64,000 nt of DNA, from contig OZ231126.1 in assembly GCA_965153355.1 (NCBI GenBank), forward strand, positions 9,300,001 through 9,364,000. Direction: 5' to 3'. The stretch is from Flaccisagitta enflata (Eukaryota). Under the pieces are notes generated by a model. The model had not been told where the DNA came from, made no database searches, and worked only from the letters and a program-made list of their open reading frames with translations. A program made the position numbers and the translations under genes. Of this stretch, positions 39,663 through 52,200 are shown piece after piece (the stretch's first letter is position 1; every line of letters begins with the position of its first letter).

Positions 39663-42600
39663 ATGCTGAGGATTTTATCGACGAAAGACATGAAGAAGAA
39701 GAAAAAGAAATCCGATAAGAAAGGTGAGTAACGCGTAACGGCGCGTTGTACAGGAAACTGCGAAGACAAACTGTTGGAGATTCGGCAAAGGGGCGTGCGG
39801 GTGGGCAGGGGCAGTGATGAAGGCAGTAGAGGCCCAAAAAGCTTAAAATTCTGTCGGCATGGAAAAGACAATCATATTTTCTCAAAAATTAAAAAAAAAG
39901 CTGACACTCGAATCTTTTGCATTTTGTGACTTGCAAAAAAACTTTAGACCGGCGATTTGGGACTACCTTTGTCACAAGCCCGTGTTTAGAATGATAAGCT
40001 ACTAATCCAAAAAGAGAGAAAAATAGATTTTTTCGGTTAACCCGTTTGATGTAGTCACATTTTTTGGGAATGAAATTTCTGGAAACAGTTTAAGGCAAAG
40101 ATACATTTGAACGCCGTAAGAACGTGGAACTAGTTTTGATATGCGAAACCGGCTTTGATGATTTATCCTCTCCACTCCATTTTGCCATTTTGGCGAATCC
40201 TTTTGAACGTCTTGAACTTTGAACAACTCACAAACTTCCTAAAACCGAAAACAATTAATCTCGATTTTTGAGGGTGAACCAGACTTTTGGGCCAAAACCT
40301 TTTTCTCGTTTCTTGAGCCACATAAATCTTTTTAAAAAAACTTAACGCAGTGACGCAAATTCGCTTTTGATAATTATTCACGTTTTTTCCTCGCATAACT
40401 CATGAAATGGGTGTCATTCAACCCTCAACGACCTTGGACCGTTGGACTTTTTTTAGTTTGTTTTGTTTTGTTTCTTTTACTTGTGTTTTTTATGTTTTTG
40501 TTTAGATTCCCCGTCCCTACACATGCTTGAAACATGATCGAAAACTGATCATATTAAACTACCAGTAATGGCGGCTGTCGCCGTGAGGAAAAAAGCTTTT
40601 ATTTTCAATTACTGCAATTCTTTTTATTTGTTAGATCAAATCAAGAGCAATGGTATGTATTGATTGCACTGAAAATCAGAGAAAAAGTGGACTAAGCTAA
40701 ATGAGCTAGATGAGCTAAAATGCTCAAAATCACTCAACCAGACATGCTTTCTTATATTTGCATGCTCATATTAGCTCCCTGATTATGGGAGTATTTTTCA
40801 AATTTGGCACTTCTCCGTTGTATCAATCTCAAGTACTGTTCCTAAGCTTCAATTTCATGTGTATATCATCACAAAAAATATTCGGGAAGTGTAAGACCAA
40901 GGGGGTCAAAGGTCAGGGGGTCAAGTATGATCCCTCAAAAGGGGTCAAAATTTCAAAGTGGTCAAAATTAAATTCTGATTGCAGATTTGGATTCCTCTCA
41001 AAAAAGTAGCATAAGAAAGTAGTCTTCTTTTTTTGTATTTATCATTCTAAGTGGGTCAAAATTGGGGTCAAAGGTCAAAAACAACCCCGATCTGACCTCT
41101 CGAGAGGTCAAAAATCAAAACTCGGTAAAACACAATTCTGAGACCAGTTTTGGAATCCTCATGAAAAATAAGACCAAAAATGTTATTACCATTTTTTCTT
41201 TTTCTTAAAAAATGGCTGTATAGATTGATGAAAACAGTCAGTATCTATTTACACATTTGAAAAATACTAAAAATGGTCGATATAGCCGTAAGCTTCATGA
41301 TATTTTATTGCTACATATCAAGCAAATCAACAATAAAAAAACTGAAATGAGTACCTCACAAGTTTAATTGAGTGCATGAATCAAAGCAAAGTTATGAGTA
41401 TAAGAAATATAGCAGTCTCATGAAACAACAAAGAGAGGATGGGGGGGCCCCTCTCTTTTTGAAGGGGATGCGCAACATAATAAAGACGTCACAAATGAGT
41501 CCATATAAGCTATGACAATTGTTCCCATAAAGAGGTCATGTTAGACCATGTTTTGTACTGCAATGACGTTAATACTTTTTTCATGAGTACAATGTCGTCT
41601 TTTTAATTTATTTTCGCAATGTACACCACATTACGAAAAATATTTAAGTCATTCATGACGTTTTCCCGTATGTGTCACCAATGATAGTATGCGCCGTTGC
41701 TCCTACATTGTGAGAGTAACCATTAGCTTGTACCTAAATGACGGAAAGTGATAAATTTGGCATTCTACGTGCACTTTATGCTGTGGGGCTGTCTTGGGCT
41801 CCTGTTCAGATCAGTTTTGCCACTCAAATCCTACTTTAAGCTTTCCGCATCTTACCCTTGGTAAAACCTACCTCTATGAGGAACCAAAAATTTTTAAGTG
41901 CTTAAATATCTGTTTTGACTGCAGATTTGAGATCTGCAGAAAAAACTGTTTATTGAAAGTGCTTTCCTTTTTTCAATATTCCAACTAGAAGATGCTCAAA
42001 ATAAGCGTTGAAGTTCGCAAAACTTACCTTTCTTTTTTATTTCTTTGTAAAATCGCCGAACTTACCTTTTTGTCATATCTTTAAGATGAAATTAGACTAT
42101 GATCCCGAAGGAATTTTGAAAAAAGAAGAGCACTTTCAATTATCAGTTTTTCATGCAGATTTCAAATATGCAGTCAAAAATGGGATTTTAGTAACTTAAA
42201 TTTTTTTGTTTCCTATAGGCTAAAGGAAATTTCAAGGTAAGGCGCGGACAGCAAGATGCAAAATTTTCAGACTGAAATTGATGTCATTAGAAGCCCAAGA
42301 CAGCCCCACAACAAGAACTACTTGTAGAATTCTGATATTATAGTTTATTGTCATTTCGGTACAAGCTAGTAACCATGCTATCTCGATATGCTATGACGCC
42401 TTTGGTCCTTTCTGATGATGTTAGAAGAAAGAAAAACTAATATTTCCATCGAATAGTAAATTTACTTTTTAGTTAAAGATGACATGTCAAAAGCTGATTT
42501 TTGCTCGAATTTTTGCGGCTTTTCGCGGGATCCCCGGATTTACGAGAAAACCTCTATTGTCTTCCTTTTGGCCTACGGACTTCCATGACATTAATTGTAG

Positions 42601-43039
42601 CAACCAGGAGATGAAATATTATATATTTACGATAAAGGGGTAGAAAAAGATGAAAAATACATAGTCTGTATGCCTGTATGTCAAAGATAAGGAAAATCAC
42701 AATATGCAAATGAGCCTTTTAAGCGAACTTGATAAGCAAAATAGCCAATTCTGACATTGTTCCTGATTCTTGTTACGTCTCATGCCTTCCCACATTCATT
42801 TTCGTTCATTTAGTCAATCAGTCACATTCATTCATTTTTTCACTTTTTCATTCATAATATTCATTCATTCAATCATAATTTTCGTTCATTCATTCAATCA
42901 AAAAGTTTGTTTCATATTCTTATGAAGCAAGACGCATATATATGATATAACATGACCTACTTTCTTTCTGTCTTTCTCTCTCTGCTTTTTTGTTGTCTGT
43001 CTTTCTCTCTTCCTCTCTTTCTCTTGTTCTCTCTTTTTC

Positions 43040-43091
<52 letters not shown>

Positions 43092-44299
43092 TCCACTAGT
43101 GCTAAGCAACTTTACAAGAGGGTATCTGTAGGTTGGAAGGTGGGAAGGTTGGGTTATTACACGGAATTTTGGGAGATGCGAAATTAGTGGAAATGATGCA
43201 ATACTGCTCCTGCCAACCCACTTAGCAGCCCCCGTCCATATCTTTTAGTGCCCTGGCCCCATTTGAATGACTTCCCTTGCCCACCTGCAAGGGACTACCC
43301 ATAGGTAGTAAGTGAGGCGTCGCTCTTTGATTTTAGCATTATATGGCTTTATTCGGGTCAAACGGTTATAACTGTTTTGCAGCGATAAAACTTTTTTTAA
43401 AAGTTGAATTTAGGTTCAAGAGGTATACAGCTAAATAGAGGGCTGATAAGAAGCATGTAAGGTCGATTTCCATGGCCATTCCGGACTAATTTTACGTTTT
43501 CAGATGGCAGAATTGAGTCTCAGGAGATCTAAGAGCGCTAATTTGAGGCCCGAGAGAGCAAACTTAAGAAACCTAAATTGAGACCCAAATTAATCAGAAG
43601 CTAAGGTTTAAGGATGTCTCCTGCTAGAGCTCAAAGTTAACGTGCTGTAGAATACTGGCTGAAGTTAATTGCCAAAATGCTCTTGTGATCTCAAATACGG
43701 CCGCTGCCCTCCTGCACGCAAATGGGATATCTGTGCATCATTTTATCTGATTTTAAGGAAGATAACACTTAGTTGCTTAATGAAAGTTTTTAGTCGCGGT
43801 TGGTTTGTCGGTCCGTCTGACCTTCACATTTTTGAATTCCTAGCGGTTTTTGCATTACTGCTCCTGCCTAACTGTCCGCGACTGGATTGCTGCGTATCCA
43901 GCCTTATCATTTGTTAAAGCAGAGAAAGTTTCTATGACGGGATGGTCTCTCCTTATAACGAATTATTGATGGTTTTATCAGCTCTTTTAAGACAGAACGA
44001 GGATTATCCACGGAATTTAACCCAGTGGTTCATTATAGTAAGGCTCAATTACCTTTGTCTTATCTAAGATCAAAAGCCTACATTTCAGTAAGACTGCCAA
44101 CAGACCAACCGACAGACAGACATACCAACTCTATTCACGCAACTAAAAAGAAAAAGAAGAAGGTGACAACAAAGAAGAAAAAAGGAGGTGAAAAAAAGAC
44201 TAAGATGGAGAAAAAGACGATGAGGTAACGTGGGGTCACAATATCATTGTGACGGGTGGGCAGGGGTAACAAACCCTAGGCCTCACCCCAACCCCACCT

Positions 44300-44346
<47 letters not shown>

Positions 44347-46310
44347 CCAACAACAGCATCATAAATGCCCGTTTTTTGCATCTTCAACTCAAGCGTGATG
44401 GATTAATGACACAGACAGACTGACAAACTGATGGAGGAACAAAGCCTATTAAAGATTTGCATGGTTGCAACTAAAAAGGAGAAGAAGATGGGAACATTGC
44501 AAAAGCAAAACTTTCAAAAAACACCATTTTACTACAAGCTAAAACCGCCAAAGTTGCGTTCACATGCTCTCGTTGAGGTTCGATTCAGCGAGAAATCTGT
44601 GTAATCGGCGACTCGATTGGTGACACTCACCCCTGTCACAAACACGCCTTGGTCTTACACTTCCACTTAATATATCGTTCTGATATTGTGCACAGGTCTA
44701 ATAGACAGGTATAGCTCCCGTTTGAGTCCACGGAGATCTTGATCCGTCCCGAAATCAGGAAGCTACTCATATTATTTATCTTATTAAAATTCAGAAAAAA
44801 TAGACTGAGCTAAATGAGCTAAGTGAGCTAAAATACTTGAAAACACCCTCACAGATAAGCAGCTATGCTCACTGACATGCTTTTTTGTATCTGCTTGCTT
44901 AAACCTGTATTTAAATACTTATCATTCATTGAGCTAAATAAGCTAAAAAAGCTAGAATTCTCAAAAATAGCTTCACAGATGAGCAGCTATGCTCATAAAG
45001 ATGTTTTCTTTTATTTGCATGCTCAAACAAGCAAAATACACTCCCTCATTGATCCTACTTAAAATCATTATAAATTGAAAAAAAATTGAATTTGAATTTT
45101 TTCGTAAATAAATCTTCTTTAAATCATAGCGCTAAAGATATTTGTTGTAGAGCATTCTGCTTGGCGCAAAATGAAAGAGAATTATCATTTACTTTATAAT
45201 TATCATTTATCATTATCAATTATCAATTATCATTTACTTACCCTATCAGTTTCAGTGGAGGCCTCAATCAGTCGGAAGAGACCTTCAACTTCCTAATAAG
45301 ACAATAAAAACCCTGAATCTCTTTAATATGTCAAAAAGTCGAAGACTGACTTTGACTTTTTTTTTTCCCAATTAGAAACGTGAGCTACCTTGTTCTTTAT
45401 GGCAAATGGGAGGGACAAACTAAATGATTTTATACTTTTGCGATATCAATCTGTGTTTAATTTATAAATTTCATGCTTACAAAATCGCGTACACGCGTTC
45501 TCTATACGTCTTTGAGTCAATCCGTTGGTTGGTCGGTCCGTTGGTAAAATATCAAATTGAGCGATTTCTGCATTACTCACCCTGCTCAGGGTTACGTTGG
45601 GGTTGTCCTTGTTTATATGAGCGGCGCTTATTAGGAATACGATTTAAGGGCACCGGGGCGCTCATTCAAAACCTGCATCCTGTATAACTATAAGTTGAAT
45701 ATAATTTGCTGAGCTTCTCCCGACTCTTACCTCCTCTTTCGTGCTTTAGGGGATGCGGCCAAGTCGACGTCGACATCGAGTCAACAGCCGACGTCGACGA
45801 CTTCGTCAATGCATCCAATGGAAGCCGCCGCTGAATCCGGCGCCGCGGCGCCGTCTGTGGATGTCGTCGACGTGAAACTTGAAGCCGAAACATCATCCTT
45901 CATGGAAACCAACCAAAATACTCAACAACAACAACAACAACTAGCGGCCTTTGCGCAGTGCTCCCAACATGCTCTAATATCAAATGCTCATGAAACGTAA
46001 GAATCCTGTTTTAAGGGTTTTTTTTATTTACCTTTACTTATGTTCCTACCGCCGTTAGTTTTTTGTTTATTTACCATTACCCACCGCCGTTTTTTTTATC
46101 AAATTATTCATTTATTTATCTTTTTTTTGCCATTTGAGCCACACTCCCAATTCCTTCAATTATCTTTTATATCTTGACCTTTGTATCGACCTTAGCCTCG
46201 ATTGGTCGCCCAATTTCAGTTTTAACTCCATTAATTTTTGCTCATTGGATTTTGTCTTGTCCGTCAAAAATTTGCGAATGGATATCTACTACTCTTCGTG
46301 ATCCCCTGCC

Positions 46311-46407
<97 letters not shown>

Positions 46408-47488
46408 CTACTGCCCTATCCCCTATAAGTCAGGTGTGTCAAATACGGGTGATGACTGAATTTGAGACCATAACGCTGACGCAAGATGGGGCTATTGATT
46501 TTAGAACGATCACCGTTTTTCTTTCTCCAAAATTCGTTCAGCAACCGTTTTTTTCGCGATCGAAATCTAATGCAATGTCTGCACTCTCGTTCGCCAAAAA
46601 ACAAATTCATTAACCAACAAGGCCGGATACAGTCGACGGCGGACGGGGGTGGAAAGTTTCGATTTCAAATGATTTCTTCATTACCTATGACCGACGGACC
46701 GACAACGTTATAGAGTCGCTTGTCCGCGACTAAAAAAGACCATTTTACTATTTCATTGAAGTTGATATGATTAACCCAGGCACTTTTCTGTGAAGCTTTA
46801 AAGAGGATAGCAGCATTTAGAAGTAATTCGAATGCCCCACCATACAAGGCAAAGGATGAAAAGTCGAAAACGTGATTACAACGTTATGCAAATTAGGGGC
46901 AAAACTGGTATTTTAGAAACGGAAGATGACCGAAATTTGAAAAAAGAAAAACGGTGAAGGCATTAAAATGAGTAACCCCATGATGCCTTAGCGTTATATT
47001 CTCAGGGATTGATGTTTTGCATATTGACACACCCGACCCTCTTTGTGTGCTCCGCGGAGGAGCCTCAAATATTCAGTCATAGCGTTCTTCGACAGTATTC
47101 CGTCGCGGGACCATATCCTGTTTAGAGCGAGGAAAGCTTCCGTGACGCAGACTACAATTCAACGCGGGTGTGTGTCGCCATCTTGCGTATGTTTTGAGAT
47201 ATAATTGTTAGCCTCAACATATTCAGCGGTTTCTAGGACTTTATATATTTTTTGACCACGTAACAACATTACAACAACTTTTCTGTAGTTATAACTTTTC
47301 TGATTCTTTGGACCTAATTTTGATGATTCATCTGCTTAAAATTTCTAATTTTTTCTAGTTATTCTCCAGGTCTGTGATGAATAAATCTCTGACTGCAATA
47401 TGCAAGTAAGATTTTTTGATAAGAAAGGTCTGATAGGTTTATAGAGGTCTGATCGATAGACTGTGTTTATGTTTGTCACACACAAACA

Positions 47489-47544
<56 letters not shown>

Positions 47545-49200
47545 CACACACGCACACGCACACACACGCTCACTCATACAGATAGAGATGACTGATAGAC
47601 AGCGGCGTAGGAGAGGTAGATTTTTTAGGACTTCCACCTCTTAACTAGTGTCCGACAGATTTGGTGTCCCAACAGAAACTGGGTGATTCCATCTCAAAAT
47701 GTACAAACTGAAAACCCTCAAAAAATAGATTTTGCTCATTTTTGGTGCAAAGGTACCTCTTGGGGAGTTATTCAAGAATCCCGAATATTTTTGCTCTCGG
47801 GCCAATATTTTGGGTTTTACGGGGGTTCGAAATTTTGGGGGCCCCGGGTACCCCTAAAACTTCAAAAAGCCATATCTCAGCCATTTTTTGTAGTAAATGG
47901 ACAATATTGGTGTCAATCTTTAAGTTATAGCATAAAGAATCAGATTTTAAAAAAATTGGAACCAAAAAAAAATCATTTTGGGGGTAGTCGTTTGGGGTAC
48001 CCCGGGGTACCTAGTACGTTGAAATTTCAGAAAAAAAATGGCTAAACATTATTCCGTGTTTGTGGATTCAAAATCAAGAATAAAAAATTCGGGATCTTAA
48101 CTCCTTATTACCAAAAAAAAAATGGGTGGTTGGGCCAACTTTTGTTATTTTATGGGAATTTTGGCGATTTTTGTTTAAAAAGTCAAAAATTAGCCTTACC
48201 ATCCATTTTTGTTATTTTTTTGGGATATAAGGAGTTGAGATCCCGAATTTTTTATTCTTGTTTATGAATCCACAAACATAGAAGAATGTTTTGCCATCTT
48301 TTTTTTCTGAAATTTCAATGTACTAGGTACCCCGGGGTACCCCAATTGACTACCCCTAGGGGTAAAAACCCCCAAAATGATTTTTTTTGGTTCCAATTTT
48401 TTTCTGATCTGATTATTCGTGTTAAAACTTAAAGATTGACACCAATATTGTCCATTTACTACAAAAAATGGCTGAGATATGGCTTTTTGAAGTTTTAGGG
48501 GTACCCGGGGCCCCCAAAATTTCAAACCCCCGTAAAACCCAAAATATTGGCCCGAGAGCAAAAATATTCGGGTTTCATGAATATCTCCCCAAGGGGTACC
48601 TTTGCACCAAAAATGAGCAAAATCTATTTTTTGAGGGTTTTCAGTTTGTACATTTTGAGATGGAATCACCCAACTAACAAGTAGATTTTACTTGTGATCT
48701 GTATAACACTAGTGATTTCTGTCATGCATTTGTAAAAAAACATATTTTTTGGATAAATTTGTCAATTTCAATCTCTAAGCTTACTTACGCTTGTAAATTG
48801 ATTTGCCTCCATGAAAGCACATTCATTTTTCTGACTCTCTATCAGTTAGTTTGTATTGGTCTATCTTTCGATCGGTTTTACTTTATTCTTTTTTTCCTCT
48901 ATCTTTTATTTTCTTTTTGCTTTCTACTTTTCAACCTTTTAGAGGCGTCATCGCATCTCTATAAGAGGGTCTGTTCAACCATCTGTCCGTCGGTCCATTT
49001 GTCCATCCGTCCATCCATCTGTTGGTCGGTTACCCCTCTTCTAAAATCATGCAGATGATGCATCTAGTTGCCCGCCTGGGCTTGTTTTACATGTTTTTGT
49101 TTTTCTGTTTGTCTGTCTCTCGCTTTCTGTCTTATCTCTTCTAGTTGGTCTCTGTCTTTCTGTCTCTCTTTCTCTGTCTGACTATCTACCTGTCTTACTA

Positions 49201-49235
<35 letters not shown>

Positions 49236-52200
49236 TTTTTTTTCTTTTACTATTTTTTTCCTTTCTTCTTACAAAAAATTGGTGTCCCGACAACTTTGGT
49301 GTCCCGACATCAGGGACTTCCATGGAAGTCCCGGAAGTCCCTTCTCCTACGCCGCTGCTGATAGACAAAACCCAATATATGAAATCATGCAGATGCAGGG
49401 GCAGTGAAAAAGACAGAAAGACAAAAATATTGATTGAGATTGACAGACAAGACAAATCTTGAGACAAATCTTGGTACATCATTAGTTCATTACCAATCGG
49501 TGCCTCATCAATTAATCACGGAGAGTCATCAATAACAACTACGCTATTTGTCACCTATTTGCACAGACTCTTCGCAAACACGATGCTGACCTTTCGGTGA
49601 TGAATGAAGGAATAAATTAGTGATTCAATCTTTGAAAAAACAAGTGGCGTTCGCCATATTGTGTTCCACGAGAACTTGATTTTGCATGAAAAAGAAAGGC
49701 AATAATCCATAAAACATTTCTAATATTAATGACCGGACAAATCTGTGTCATAGATAATGGCCGCCTGTGGGCGGCCTAACTACCACCTGTGAGTGACCTC
49801 ACTGCCACCTTTGGGCAGCCTCACAGCCGCCTGTAGGCAGTCTCACTGCCGCCTGTGGGGGTCTCATTGCCGCCTGTGAGCGGTCCCACTGCCACCTGTG
49901 GGCGTTACCACTGTCGCATGTGGGCGGTCCTACTGCTGCCTCTATGTGTGTGTGTGTGTGTGAGTGTGTGTGTGTATGATGGACATATGGAGAAAACTGG
50001 GTAGTGTGATGGACATTTGGAGAAAACTGGGTGGTGTGACGGACATTCAGAGAAAACTTGGTGGTGTGGCGGACATTTGGAGGATACTGGGTGGTATAAC
50101 GGACATTCGGAGAAAACAGGGTGGTGTGACAGACATTAGGAGAAAACTGGGTGGTGTGATGGACATTAGGAGAAAACTGGGTGGTGTGACAGAGATTTGG
50201 AGAAAACTGGGTGGTGTGACAGATATTTGGATAAAACTGGGTAGCATGACGGACATTGAATTACCTTGGGTTCTTTGACAGATATTGCAGTATTCTGGGT
50301 TGTGTAACAGACATTCAAAAGTTTTGGGTTGTGTGACAGACATTGCAGAATCTTTGGTTGTTTGACAGACTTCGGAGCATCTTGGGATGTGACAGACATC
50401 GGAGAATCTTGGGTTGTGTGACAGACATCAGACAATCTTTGGTTGTGTGACAGATATTGAAGAATTTTGGGTTGTGTGACAGACATTGGAGAATAATGGG
50501 TTGTGTGACAGACATCTGAGATTCATTGGTTGTGTGACAAACATCGGAGAGTCTTTGGTTGTGTGACAGACATCGAAGAATTTTGGGTTGTGTGACAGAC
50601 ACCAGAGAAGTTTGGATTGTGTGACAGACATCGGAGAATCTTGGTTTGTGTGACAGAGATCGAAGAATCTTTGGTTGTGTGACAAACATTGGAGAATTTT
50701 GGGTTGGGTGACGGACATCGGAAAATTTTGGGTTGTGTGACAGACATCGACAAACGTTGGGTTGTGTGACAGTATTTCAGCGTAGCTAAACTTAGATTAG
50801 ATATAGCTAGGCGTCACGATGAATAAAATAGCCAAATCCATGATGCATTGACAAACTTTATTGTCACGATAAAAGACGATATGACAGGAAGGGACACGTC
50901 AAAAGCTGTAAAGAGAGACGATTGAAACCATGAGTTACATAGCCAATTGGCGACTTAAGGATCAACGACACAACTTCAGGATTAAGCAATAAAACTCAGG
51001 GATAACTTGAGGACGATAATTACCTATGGTCCGACTTGACAAAACTTCAATTAGCCAAGGCGAGACAACCCTTTTAAAAGAAACCAAACTACGAAGAAAT
51101 AAACGGTGACCAATCACGAGACAGATCACACCGACTTGGACTAATCACAGACAAATCACGAGCGACATGACGTCATGACAAATCACGATGCAGAATGCAA
51201 TGCAATTCGCATAAGCGCACAAAACAGTAAAAACGAATAGGACGTGACCAAATATGATACGAAGGAAGCAATAGACAGACATCGGAGAATGTTGGGTTGT
51301 GTAACAGACATCAGATAATTTTTGGTTGTGTAACAGACATCAGATAATTTTGGGTTGTGTGACAGACATTGGAGAATGTTTGGTTTTGTGACGTACATTG
51401 GAGAATCTTTGGTTTGCGTGACAAACATTGGAGAATCTTGGGTTGTGTGACAGACATTGGAGAATTTTGGGTTGTGTGACAGACATCAGAGAATCTTAGG
51501 TTGTGTGACAGACATTGGAGAATTTTTTGTTGTGTGACAGACATTGGAGAATCTTGGGTAGTGTAACAGACATCGGAGAATGTTAGGTTGTGTGACAGAT
51601 ATCTGAAAATCTTGGGTTGTGTGACACACATCAGAAAATCTTGGGTTGTGTGACAGAAATCGGAGAATCTTGGGTTGTGTGACAGACATCGGAGAATTTT
51701 GGGTTGTATGACAGACATCAGAGCATCTTGGGTTGTGTGACAAACATTGGAGAATCTTAGGTTGTGTGACAGTTACAGGGTGATTTTTTTCAAGTGGGGG
51801 AAAGTATTAAAACATCAAATTTCTATCATATAATTTTAGGATATATCAAAGTTAATTTACAGTTGCAAATTACTTGACATTTAATATTCATGAAAGAAAA
51901 AATATTTTTGACCAGTATTGACTTCAATTCAGCATAGTTGACCATTTTCAATCCATTAAATTCAGATTATTTTTTCACAATAGTGAATTTTTGAATTATG
52001 CACAAATACAACTTATTTTGGTCAAAAAGTTGAATATCAGTTTATTTTTATCATTAATTTGGATATTTTGACTATGGTTTCTATTCAAAACAGTTTTTCA
52101 CTTAGCTTTTATAATTTCAGCTTCATTCACATAAACAAAAGTATAAAAAACATTGGTTTTTATGAAATTTTAGTTTTGATAAAAATACCAACAAAATTTG

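Noticed and set aside
47683-48669. Paired 120-aa and 135-aa ORFs on opposite strands
   Set aside because: Arise from the inverted arms of a non-coding foldback element
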